Source: Bacteroidota bacterium (GTDB taxonomy: Bacteria; Bacteroidota; Bacteroidia; UKL13-3). From it: DNA of 64,000 nucleotides. Below are positions 48,425 through 57,484 of this stretch, piece after piece. The notes under the pieces are model-generated. The model ran no database searches and had not been told where the DNA came from. It saw nothing but the letters and a program-made list of their open reading frames with translations. Made by a program: the position numbers and the translations under genes. Position 1 is the stretch's first letter, and every line of letters begins with the position of its first letter. The stretch is taken from positions 13,711 through 77,710 of the forward strand of contig JAUXUD010000021.1 of NCBI GenBank assembly GCA_030680835.1. The letters run 5' to 3'.

Positions 48425-49632
48425 TGGAAAGACTTAGGATTCAAATTTTAGGTTTATATATTTTGTTAATTCCATTTGACAATTTCAAAATATTCCCCTT
48501 TTCTATCAGCAGTATCATAGGAATAATTTATATACTTCTTTGTATAAGCAGGGATACAAAATTCAATAAACAATTATTACTGGAAGTTACTCCATTTCTA
48601 TTGTCATTTATAATTATAACCTGTTCAACGTTTATAAATTCAGAAAATACCGACATTAAAAAGGGACCAGAAAACCCCATCAATGCGATTATATTGTACT
48701 TTATTATGGTAATTGTTTTGCTTTTAACAGTGAGCCAGGAAGTAAATTTTAAATATTTCAACAAGATAATAACGTATTTGTTCGTCTCTGTGTCCATTGC
48801 TTCTCTTACCGGAATTTATGAGTTATATATGGTATTATTTAAAGGCACTTTTGTTTTCGGGCAGCAGTTTATCCAATATTTCCCAATTGCGGGTAGCTAT
48901 TTATTGAGAATCAGGGGCAGTTATTTTGATCCGAATTACTTCAGCTTTTTACCCATTTTTGGAATTATTTGCGCAAACTGGATTGTAAAAAGCAGGTCTT
49001 TAAAATTGATAATAAATCTCATATTTATTATTCTGATTCTGACAACAATTTCGCGTATGGCAATAATTTGCCTGATTATTTATTATGCCATTATATTTAT
49101 TCCGAAACAATTGTTTTGGCGTTTATTGGCTCCATTAATATTGATAGCCTTGCCTCTGTCAATTTATTTATTAACTAAAGCGGTTGGTTTTTTTATTGAC
49201 TTTAATCCGGGTTCAAGTAACGACCGGTTTGAGATTATTTCCGGAAGTATAAAAATGTTTATAAGTAGTCCTATCTGGGGATATGGATTTAATGTGCGGT
49301 CTCCGGTTGATTTGGATACCCACAACAGTTATTTACAAATACTGCTTTACGGAGGTTTAATAGCTTTTTTTTCAATTTTTATTCCGGTAACAATTTGTTA
49401 TTTGAATATTAAAAATTTAAAAAGTGAAAATGAAGGATTAATGAAAGTCAGATTTTTTTTGATTAGCTCATTTTTCCCATTTATCGGATTTCTGTTTTTT
49501 TTAAGTTATTTAATGATTAAGTTATTTTGGATATACCTGCTTATACTCTTTTTAGGTAAGAATTTACTGTATAGTTCCACTAACTCAGATACCAGGTTAA
49601 CTGAACCTGAAAACAAATTAGAAATCGAATAA
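48421..49632 (+). CDS. wzy: O-antigen polymerase / ligase-family membrane protein (Wzy-like)
   Basis: About 10-12 TM segments and a DLDTHNSYLQILLYGGL motif (Wzy_C-like). ATGA overlap with the upstream gene. Confidence 0.7.
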   Translation: MMERLRIQILGLYILLIPFDNFKIFPFSISSIIGIIYILLCISRDTKFNKQLLLEVTPFLLSFIIITCSTFINSENTDIKKGPENPINAIILYFIMVIVLLLTVSQEVNFKYFNKIITYLFVSVSIASLTGIYELYMVLFKGTFVFGQQFIQYFPIAGSYLLRIRGSYFDPNYFSFLPIFGIICANWIVKSRSLKLIINLIFIILILTTISRMAIICLIIYYAIIFIPKQLFWRLLAPLILIALPLSIYLLTKAVGFFIDFNPGSSNDRFEIISGSIKMFISSPIWGYGFNVRSPVDLDTHNSYLQILLYGGLIAFFSIFIPVTICYLNIKNLKSENEGLMKVRFFLISSFFPFIGFLFFLSYLMIKLFWIYLLILFLGKNLLYSSTNSDTRLTEPENKLEIE

Positions 49633-49647
49633 CTTGTTGAAATTTTA

Positions 49648-50742
49648 CTAAATATTAATTTCATTTTCTATCCGGTTTAAAAATTGCTTCCAGGTGAATT
49701 TCCTTTGAAAAATTTCAAATCCTGCTTTACCCATTTTTTTTCTTATATCGGGTTCTTTCAACTGTAAAACAGCATTGGCCAAATCAAGGGGATTATCAGC
49801 GGGTACTAAAATTCCATTTACATGAGTTTCAATAATTTCAGGAATACCTCCTATTTCGGTTGCAATTACAGGTTTTTTGTGACTCAAAGCCTCTAATAAT
49901 ACAGTGGGTAATGTTTCCCTGTATTTTGAAACACAAACAACAATATCCATTGCTGCCATTAATTCACGGGTTTCATTGTAATTTATAAATCCTGTATATT
50001 CAATTAATTCATCATACAGGCCATTTGTTTTTTCCTTTATTCTATTATAAAATTCAGGATCATAAATATCGCCAACAATATATCCCTTCGTTTCGAATCC
50101 AATTGTTTTCAGATGTATTAATGCATCAATAAAGGTATCCTGCCCTTTTTGAGTGTGAATACCTCCGAAAATACCAAGTTTTAGTAAAGGGTGATGAAAT
50201 TCACTTTCTGTTTCTTTTGTGTGATAGGATTCAATGCCGTTATATACAACGCGTATTTTACTTTTAAGAATCCCAGTCTTTATTAATTCGCTTTCTAAAA
50301 AAAAGGAGGGTACAATTATTTTTTTTGCAGTTAAGTTGACAAAAGCTGATAAAAATAATTTATTGAATAATGAAGGTGTGAAAGCGGAATGACAGTAAAA
50401 AATAATGTCTGCACCCTTTATAAATTTGAATGCAAAACAATATGTAAGTGCTAAAAAATCATTGCAGATAATTATGTCCCCTTTTTTTAACAATTTATTT
50501 AATCTAAAAAATGCAGGGAAATAATTTTTGATGTACAATACAATTGAACGTGTGTTTTTATCTACATTATGAAATCTGAAAAAGGATACAGTTTTATTGA
50601 TTTTAATTTTATCTTTTAAATTCAGATTTAAAATAGCCACTGTTATTGGAAGATTATTTATTAAATTATGAAAAATAATATCAGCTCCCCCAAGAACTTT
50701 GCTTGCTGAAAATCCAACCCATCTTTGTTTTTGCACTACCAA
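49648..50742 (-). CDS. glycosyltransferase family 4
   Basis: LGGADIIFHNL N-terminal region and the E-x7-E motif YRETLPTVLLEALSHKKPVI. TTG start. Confidence 0.85.
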   Translation of the reverse strand: MVVQKQRWVGFSASKVLGGADIIFHNLINNLPITVAILNLNLKDKIKINKTVSFFRFHNVDKNTRSIVLYIKNYFPAFFRLNKLLKKGDIIICNDFLALTYCFAFKFIKGADIIFYCHSAFTPSLFNKLFLSAFVNLTAKKIIVPSFFLESELIKTGILKSKIRVVYNGIESYHTKETESEFHHPLLKLGIFGGIHTQKGQDTFIDALIHLKTIGFETKGYIVGDIYDPEFYNRIKEKTNGLYDELIEYTGFINYNETRELMAAMDIVVCVSKYRETLPTVLLEALSHKKPVIATEIGGIPEIIETHVNGILVPADNPLDLANAVLQLKEPDIRKKMGKAGFEIFQRKFTWKQFLNRIENEINI

Positions 50743-50891
50743 ATTTATTATAAAACAATATTAACACAAGAATAATGCATTAAAAAATAATCAATGTAAG
50801 TCCTTTGTTTATACCAGGCTTACTCACTGATTTTTTGAGCCAAACCTGTTAAATTTCTTTTTTGTACCGTAAGTTTATTTAAATTTGTTCA

Positions 50892-51617
50892 ATGAAAATA
50901 TCTGTGTGTATAGCTACTTACAATGGTGAAAAATACATTGCAGAACAATTAAGAACCATATTGAATCAGCTTAACAGTGAAGATGAGATAATAATTTCCG
51001 ACGATTCTTCTACTGATAATACCATTGGTATCATTAACTCGTTTAATGACAAACGAATAATAATTTATCCAAACCAAAAATTCAATTCTCCGATTTTTAA
51101 CTTCGAACATGCCATCAGTAAAGCAAAAAACCATTATATTTTTCTGTCAGATCAGGACGACCTTTGGGTTGAAGGTAGGGTAGAATCGATGAAACAAATG
51201 CTTTCAGAATATGATGTAGTGGTATGCGACCACAGTATCATTGATGAAAATGGGAATATCATTTTAAAATCTTACTTTGAGATTATCCATGCTGGGCCCG
51301 GGGTAATAAAAAATCTTTTGAAAAGTACCTATTTTGGCTGTTGTATGGCATTTAACAGGAGGATTCTTGAAATTGCGCTCCCTTTTCCAAAGCATATTCC
51401 CATGCATGATATCTGGATTGCGTTGGTTGCCGATTTGTTCTACAGAACAAAATTTATTGATTTTCCCTACACTTTATATCGTAAGCACAGCGGTAATACA
51501 TCTACAGCTTCTGAATTGAAAAGTAATTTTAGTTTTATGAAGAAACTAACCTTCAGGATTAATACACTAAGGTACTTGCCATTATTAATGATAAGAAAAA
51601 TAAAATTAAAAAGTTAG
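50892..51617 (+). CDS. glycosyltransferase family 2
   Basis: ISVCIATYNGEKYI, ISDDSSTDNT and LSDQDD (a DxD motif). Confidence 0.85.
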   Translation: MKISVCIATYNGEKYIAEQLRTILNQLNSEDEIIISDDSSTDNTIGIINSFNDKRIIIYPNQKFNSPIFNFEHAISKAKNHYIFLSDQDDLWVEGRVESMKQMLSEYDVVVCDHSIIDENGNIILKSYFEIIHAGPGVIKNLLKSTYFGCCMAFNRRILEIALPFPKHIPMHDIWIALVADLFYRTKFIDFPYTLYRKHSGNTSTASELKSNFSFMKKLTFRINTLRYLPLLMIRKIKLKS

Positions 51618-52363
51618 TTAAGGCGGTATTGGAATATTTTTGAGAAGGGTTTTAATAACAAAGTAAAAAAGCGGGGTTTGATTTGATTGATTTTCCAGGC
51701 TTTTCGGTCTTCAATATTGGCTTTAATCCTGTTTGAAATATTGCGGTTGCTGGTTCCTCCAACCCGCATTTTGATAAAGAATTTTGGAAGGTAATGGATT
51801 CGTATCCGGTGCTTTAGAATGAACCTGAGCATTAATTCATAATCGGCAGCAAATTTGAGTTGTGTATTAAAGGAACCATATTTCTGATAAATTTCTCTTT
51901 TAACGAAAAAGGCAGGATGTGGGGGCATCCATCCTTTATAAAAACTGTCTGCATGGTATTGACCTGCATCCCAGGTTCTGATAATTTTTTCTTTGTTACT
52001 ACTGCTTATGTAAAATAAATTGCTGTAAACCGCATCACACTTATGTTTTTCAAACGCCTCAACTACCTGTGAGATTATATACGGATTCACATAAAAATCA
52101 TCTGAATTAATCAGTGCAATGATTTCACCGCTTGCAATTTCAATTCCTTTATTTAACGCATAATATACTCCATTATCCGGTTCTGAAATAAATTTATCAA
52201 TCTTGTTTCCGTATGATTTTACCAACTCAACCGTTCCATCAACCGAACCTCCGTCAACTATAATGTATTCGATATCCTTATGAGTTTGGCCCAATACCGA
52301 TTCAATGGCTTCACTGATGTATTTTCTGCCCGAAAAAACGGCTGTAATAACAGTTACTTTCAT
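51614..52363 (-). CDS. glycosyltransferase family 2
   Basis: VTVITAVFSGRKYI, VDGGSVDGT and INSDD. Confidence 0.85.
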   Translation of the reverse strand: MKVTVITAVFSGRKYISEAIESVLGQTHKDIEYIIVDGGSVDGTVELVKSYGNKIDKFISEPDNGVYYALNKGIEIASGEIIALINSDDFYVNPYIISQVVEAFEKHKCDAVYSNLFYISSSNKEKIIRTWDAGQYHADSFYKGWMPPHPAFFVKREIYQKYGSFNTQLKFAADYELMLRFILKHRIRIHYLPKFFIKMRVGGTSNRNISNRIKANIEDRKAWKINQIKPRFFTLLLKPFSKIFQYRLN

Positions 52364-52367
52364 AGGT

Positions 52368-53177
52368 TTATTTTAAAATACTGTTAATTGAGTTACGCGT
52401 AGAATCAAACAACCAACCCCATTTGCTGAAGTAATAAAATGCTGAGCGGATATGATACATTAACAGTTTATAATTTTTATATGAACCTTTTTCATAATGA
52501 TGTACGATAGAAACTTTTGGGTAAAACAAAGTTTGGTACTGACTGTTGATTCTTCTACTCAGATCGGTATCCTCCAGGTACATAAAAAACTTTTCATCAA
52601 ATAATCCTACTGTTTTTAAGGCCTCACAACGCAGAAACATAAAGCAGCCCGACAGATTGGGTATTTCCATAATCTCATCAAAGTTTTTATGTTTTAACTC
52701 ATATGCCAGCAATCGCTGATGAAAAAGTGGCTTTAATACTTCCGGGATAAACCTGCGCATGATCAGATCAAATGGGGTAGGCATCATTTTACAAAGATAT
52801 TGCAACTCCCCGTTGGGGTATAGCACTTTAGGCATTAATAATCCAATATTAATCTGATTATCTGCATAATTTACAATTTTTTCCAGGGTTCCCTTTTCAA
52901 AGCTGATATCCGGATTTATAATCAGATGGTATTGAGAAATATTGATGGCTTCACGCAAGGCGATATTATGTGCCTTCCCATAACCCAGGTTTACATTATT
53001 GAAAATATACTGTATGTTTTTTTTGCCTTCAAATGAGCTACGTAATGTATCATTAACAGAGTTGTCAATGATATAAAGGAATACATCCAATTCGCTTAAT
53101 AGTATACTGTTTACGGCCATATCCAGCTCATCTGCCTTCTGATTATAAACAACTATAGATGCGGTTACTTTTTTCAT
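52368..53177 (-). CDS. glycosyltransferase family 2 (rhamnosyltransferase-like)
   Basis: ASIVVYNQ, IIDNSVND, and YLEDTDLSRR near the C-terminus. The ATG at 53177 is preferred over the TTG at 53189. Confidence 0.8.
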   Translation of the reverse strand: MKKVTASIVVYNQKADELDMAVNSILLSELDVFLYIIDNSVNDTLRSSFEGKKNIQYIFNNVNLGYGKAHNIALREAINISQYHLIINPDISFEKGTLEKIVNYADNQINIGLLMPKVLYPNGELQYLCKMMPTPFDLIMRRFIPEVLKPLFHQRLLAYELKHKNFDEIMEIPNLSGCFMFLRCEALKTVGLFDEKFFMYLEDTDLSRRINSQYQTLFYPKVSIVHHYEKGSYKNYKLLMYHIRSAFYYFSKWGWLFDSTRNSINSILK

Positions 53178-53276
53178 CCGGTTAATCAAACCTCTTTGTC
53201 TTTATATTATTTAGTTTCAAAGGTAAGCAGGTTTTTCTTATTTTTGAACCGATTTAAAGCAGCAATATATTTACAT

Positions 53277-53687
53277 ATGATTATCAATTCTGTCAATGCA
53301 CCCGAACCAATAGGCAATTATCCCCATGCAAAGCGTGTAGGAAATTTATTGTTTTTATCCGGTGTGGGTCCACGTGAAAGAGGTACAAAAAAAATACCCG
53401 GTGTTGAGCTTGATGAAAATGGAAACATCATTTCCTACGATATCGCATTGCAATGTCATTCTGTATTTAAAAACATCAAAAATATATTGGAAGATGCGGG
53501 CTCAGGCTGGAATCAAATAATTGATGTTACGGTTTTCTTAACCAATATGAAAGATGATTTTCCCATCTATAATAAATTATGGGCTGAGTATTTTAAAGAA
53601 AATGCACCTTGCCGTACCACACTGGAAATTAATTGCCTGCCTACACCCATAGCCATTGAATTAAAAGTAATTGCCAGCATTGGTTAG
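53277..53687 (+). CDS. ridA: RidA / YjgF-family enamine-imine deaminase
   Basis: INSVNAPEPIGNYPHAKRVGNLLFLSGV and CRTTLEI...IELKVIA. The ATG at 53277 gives the typical length of about 135 aa. Confidence 0.85.
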   Translation: MIINSVNAPEPIGNYPHAKRVGNLLFLSGVGPRERGTKKIPGVELDENGNIISYDIALQCHSVFKNIKNILEDAGSGWNQIIDVTVFLTNMKDDFPIYNKLWAEYFKENAPCRTTLEINCLPTPIAIELKVIASIG

Positions 53688-53690
53688 GTA

Positions 53691-53828
53691 GAGTCTGTCT
53701 ATAATGTCCTCTGACTGCGTTATGCTAAATACCAAAAATGCTCATGTACACGAGCACCCCCGATAGCTATCGGGGGCGCTTTTTGGTAACTTCGCATGCC
53801 TTGTCAGAGAACATTCTAGCTCAGACTC
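53691..53828. repeat. 138-bp imperfect inverted-repeat (long hairpin) element with a central 20-bp perfect palindrome
   Basis: Termini GAGTCTG (53691-97) and CAGACTC (53822-28). Centre CCCCCGATAGCTATCGGGGG (53757-53776). The arms share blocks such as ATGTYCTCTGAC and TACCAAAAA. It starts 4 nt after the ridA stop. Confidence 0.85.
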
Positions 53829-53974
53829 TCGATTAAATAGACAAAGTTTGGTTAATATCTAATAGAATTCAACATCCGGGTTTTTTCCTCTGATTGTTTT
53901 GATGCTTAAAGTTCAGTCATTTATAATAATTGAATTTTAAGTATTATATTGTCCGCAATTTATTATTCCTTATT

Positions 53975-55210
53975 TTGACTTTTGATGATTTTTACTTTGA
54001 TCCGCTTCTATTAGACGGATTGGATGCAATGGGGTTCAGCAAACCTACCCCGATTCAGGAAATGGCTATTCCGATAATTCTTGATAACAAAGATTTAATT
54101 GCCTGTGCCCAAACAGGTACTGGTAAAACTGCAGCCTATGTATTGCCGGTTTTACATAAAATTGTGTGTTCAGATCACAGTCATCTGAATACACTTATTT
54201 TGGTTCCAACCCGTGAACTGGCCCAGCAAATAGACCAGCAACTTGAAGGATTCAGCTATTATGTACCGGTAAGCACGATTCCCATATACGGAGGTGGCGA
54301 CGGGGCAACCTGGGATCAGCAAAAAAAAGCTTTGCACACCGGAGCTGATGTTATCGTAGCAACTCCCGGCCGGCTCATTTCACACCTGGCTTCGGGCGAT
54401 ATTAAATTTGATAAACTGGAACATTTAATTCTGGATGAAGCTGACCGTATGCTGGATATGGGCTTTTATGATGATATTGTACGGATCATCAGTTACCTGC
54501 CAAAAGACAGGCAAACGCTCATGTTTTCAGCAACCATGCCTCCCAAAATACGGACCCTGGCTACCAAAATATTATTCAAGCCCGAACAAATAAGTATTGC
54601 CCTGGCAAAACCTGCAGAAGGTATTTTACAACAGGCCTATTTAACTTACGATTCACAAAAATTGCCATTAATTTCATCAATCTTTACGGCGCATAACTAC
54701 AAAACAGTAATTATTTTTGCAGGTACAAAAGAAAAGGTGAAAAGCCTGCATTTTGAACTCAAACGAATTGGTTTAAAGTCCAAATCATTTCATTCCGATC
54801 TGGAACAAAAAGAACGGGAAGAGATAATGAACGAATTTAAAAACAAGAAACTTCAGATAATTATAGGAACAGATATTTTGTCAAGAGGGATAGATGTGGA
54901 AGGAGTTGATTTGGTATTAAATTTTGATGTTCCACCCGATCCGGAAGACTATATACACAGAATTGGAAGAACAGCAAGGGCTGAAACTACGGGAACTGCA
55001 ATTACTTTTATCAATGAAAAGGATCAAAGAAGATTTCATGCCATTGAATTGTTAATTGGCAAAACAATAGATAAACTGCCTTTGCCTGACAGTTTGGGTG
55101 AAGCACCCTTATATGAACCTGAGAGAAAATCGTCTAGACCTTTTTTCAAAAACAAAGGTTCAAATGACCGGCCCAGGCCAAAAGGGAAGCCGGGACAATA
55201 CAGGAAGTAG
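53975..55210 (+). CDS. DEAD-box ATP-dependent RNA helicase
   Basis: Q motif GFSKPTPIQ, AQTGTGKT, DEAD, SAT and HRIGRTAR, with a basic C-terminal tail. The likely TTG start at 53975 gives MTFDDF..., which matches typical N-termini better than the ORF-track start at 53930. Confidence 0.9.
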   Translation: MTFDDFYFDPLLLDGLDAMGFSKPTPIQEMAIPIILDNKDLIACAQTGTGKTAAYVLPVLHKIVCSDHSHLNTLILVPTRELAQQIDQQLEGFSYYVPVSTIPIYGGGDGATWDQQKKALHTGADVIVATPGRLISHLASGDIKFDKLEHLILDEADRMLDMGFYDDIVRIISYLPKDRQTLMFSATMPPKIRTLATKILFKPEQISIALAKPAEGILQQAYLTYDSQKLPLISSIFTAHNYKTVIIFAGTKEKVKSLHFELKRIGLKSKSFHSDLEQKEREEIMNEFKNKKLQIIIGTDILSRGIDVEGVDLVLNFDVPPDPEDYIHRIGRTARAETTGTAITFINEKDQRRFHAIELLIGKTIDKLPLPDSLGEAPLYEPERKSSRPFFKNKGSNDRPRPKGKPGQYRK

Positions 55211-55339
55211 CAGCGGGCATTCCACCTTCGCTGTGCCACCGCTAAAGCTAAGGCAACGCGCGGTAAAGCTACGGTGGATAAAAGGAGCATGGAGCCTTTG
55301 GAACAATGGGAAAATTTTTAGGGTTATTATAGAAATAAT

Positions 55340-56365
55340 ATGAAATACCAGTTATTTGGCCATACAGGACTGAGAGTTTCTGAACTGGCATTGGGAACCA
55401 TGGGCTTTGGTACAGAGTGGGGTTGGGGGGTAGATTTTGAAAGCAGCAAAGCAATTTTTGAACTGTATACCCATGCAGGAGGAAATTTTATTGATACTGC
55501 TAATCGCTACACGGAAGGAAGTTCTGAAAAATTTATCGGGGAATTTATGAAAGCAGATCGTGACCATTTTGTGCTTGCAACAAAATATTCACTCAAAGAC
55601 CGTAATGGCGACCCTAATTTTGCAGGCAACCATCGCAAAAACATGATGCGTTCGGTTCGGGAAAGTTTAAAAAGATTGCAAACCGATTATATAGACATAC
55701 TGTGGCTTCATATCTGGGATTTTACAACCTCGCCCGAAGAAGTATTAATAGGATTGAATGACTTAATCAGCAGGGGACTGGTGCATTATATCGGCATCAG
55801 TGATACGCCTGCCTGGAGAGTGGCTCAGGCCAATACCATTGCTGAACTGCGTGGCTGGAACAAATTTGCAGGGATACAGGTTGAATATAATTTAATTAAC
55901 CGTACAGCCGAACGGGACTTATTGCCGATGGCAAAAGCTTTCGATATGGCTGTTACTCCATGGGCACCTTTGGCAGGAGGTGCTTTAACCGGGAAGTATT
56001 TAAAAGGTGAAAAAGGCCGTTTACCCGAAACTTCAAAACGTTTGAATGAAAGGAGTTTAGCCATAGCACAGGTAGTTGTAGCCATAGCAATGGAAATGGG
56101 TTGTCTGCCTGCTCAGGTCGCACTCAGGTGGGCTACGCAACGAAATCAGACTGTAATACCCATTGTTGGGGCAACCAAACCAGCCCATATACAGGATGCT
56201 TTTGGTTCAACTGGAATAAATATTCCTGAAGAAATGCTAAAAAGGTTAAATGATGTTTCAGCATTTGAATTGGGTTTCCCCGGCGACTTTTTTAATGAAC
56301 CAGGTGTAATTGATGTTGCTTATGGGCAAACCAAACATTTAATAAATATGCGAGCCAGGAATTAG
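55340..56365 (+). CDS. aldo/keto reductase
   Basis: LGTMGFG, FIDTANRY, LATK, and IGISD...WRV. 341 aa. Confidence 0.9.
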   Translation: MKYQLFGHTGLRVSELALGTMGFGTEWGWGVDFESSKAIFELYTHAGGNFIDTANRYTEGSSEKFIGEFMKADRDHFVLATKYSLKDRNGDPNFAGNHRKNMMRSVRESLKRLQTDYIDILWLHIWDFTTSPEEVLIGLNDLISRGLVHYIGISDTPAWRVAQANTIAELRGWNKFAGIQVEYNLINRTAERDLLPMAKAFDMAVTPWAPLAGGALTGKYLKGEKGRLPETSKRLNERSLAIAQVVVAIAMEMGCLPAQVALRWATQRNQTVIPIVGATKPAHIQDAFGSTGINIPEEMLKRLNDVSAFELGFPGDFFNEPGVIDVAYGQTKHLINMRARN

Positions 56366-56400
56366 GTATAAGGTATGAGTTATAAGGTATGAGCTATGAA
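56366..56400. repeat. degenerate heptamer array (GTATAAG GTATGAG TTATAAG GTATGAG CTATGAA), the reverse complement of the 15444 unit
   Basis: Starts at the base after the TAG stop (56363-65). It can be read as 2 x 14 bp plus one extra heptamer. GTATGAG is the reverse complement of CTCATAC. Confidence 0.8.
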
Positions 56401-56420
56401 ATTTAGAAGGCATCGGGTAG

Positions 56421-56439
56421 GGGCAAATTGCATTTGCCC
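56421..56439. terminator. hairpin GGGCAAAT-TGC-ATTTGCCC between convergent genes
   Basis: Perfect 8-bp stem with a 3-nt loop, midway between the aldo/keto reductase gene (+) and fabI (-). There is no strong U-tract, so its function as a terminator is uncertain. Confidence 0.4.
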
Positions 56440-56482
56440 TTATGGGTTTATGAATAATTAAGTACGTATGAGTTATTGAGTA

Positions 56483-57313
56483 TTATACTTCATCATTCTT
56501 CCTGTTTTCCATTAATGTAAAAACATCATGACTAAAACCAGTATAACTGAAGCCCCCATCGTGAAACAGGTTTTGCATGGTTACCATCCTGCTTAAATCA
56601 CAGAACATCATTACGCAATAATCGGCACAGGCTTCGGCGCTGGCATTTCCGAGCGGAGAAAGGGCACCTGCGTAATCGTAAAAATCGCCAAAACCCTTAA
56701 CTCCTGTACCCGCTGTGGTTTTTGTTGGACTTTGAGAAATCGTATTAATCCTTACTTTTTTGCTTTTACCGTAATGGTAGCCAAAGCTTCTGGCTATAGA
56801 TTCCAAAATGGATTTGGATTCAGCCATTTCACTGTAATCGGGGAATACTCTTTGAGCGGCGATATAAGTGAGTGCAACCACTGAACCCCAATCGTTTATT
56901 GCATCCATTTTGTAACAGGTTTGCAGCAAGCGATGGAATGAAATGGCACTGATATCAAAGGTTTCGTGTGTCCATTTGTAATCCAGATCTGTATAATGAC
57001 GCCCCTTTCGCATATTTACACTCATCCCCACCGAATGTAAAATAAAGTCAATTTTCCCACCTAAAATTTCCATGGACTGCTCTATGAGGCTTTCCATATC
57101 TGAAGATTTGCTTACATCACAAGGGATAATCCGGGAATTATTACAGGTTTCAGCCAAATTGTTGATTTCACCCATACGCATGGCAATGGGCGCATTTGTG
57201 AGCACAAAAGTTGCTCCGTGTTCATGGCATTTTAGTGCAACCTGCCAGGCAATGCTTTTATCATTAAGAGCCCCGAAAATAATACCTTTTTTACCTTTTA
57301 AAAGTTGATTCAT
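56483..57313 (-). CDS. fabI: enoyl-[acyl-carrier-protein] reductase (NADH), FabI type
   Basis: GKKGIIFGALNDKSIAW (Rossmann-fold motif) and the catalytic Y-x6-K in DYSEMAESK. Confidence 0.85.
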   Translation of the reverse strand: MNQLLKGKKGIIFGALNDKSIAWQVALKCHEHGATFVLTNAPIAMRMGEINNLAETCNNSRIIPCDVSKSSDMESLIEQSMEILGGKIDFILHSVGMSVNMRKGRHYTDLDYKWTHETFDISAISFHRLLQTCYKMDAINDWGSVVALTYIAAQRVFPDYSEMAESKSILESIARSFGYHYGKSKKVRINTISQSPTKTTAGTGVKGFGDFYDYAGALSPLGNASAEACADYCVMMFCDLSRMVTMQNLFHDGGFSYTGFSHDVFTLMENRKNDEV

Positions 57314-57484
57314 GTGATTTTGTTAAAGGGACGAACCCCATTTTTGTTCCTGCAAGTTTAACTTTTTTCAGGCGTACCATCCAATACTTCTTTAAATTTC
57401 GCTTTTTTAATATTAATATTTACATTGGCTGAAATTTAACAATTCAGCAAGTATGTTGGAAATAGTGAGGTTTCTAAGGATATC

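Noticed and set aside
36944-53189. Polysaccharide locus as a horizontally acquired genomic island
   Set aside because: Apart from an impression of lower GC, there are no flanking tRNA genes, direct repeats, integrase or IS remnants. I treat it as an ordinary variable EPS/O-antigen cassette unless a GC-skew or comparative analysis says otherwise.
55036-55343. 84-aa minus-strand and 81-aa plus-strand ORFs spanning the helicase 3' end and the GC-rich island
   Set aside because: They overlap a well-supported DEAD-box gene and each other, and they are kept open only by the local GC-rich composition.
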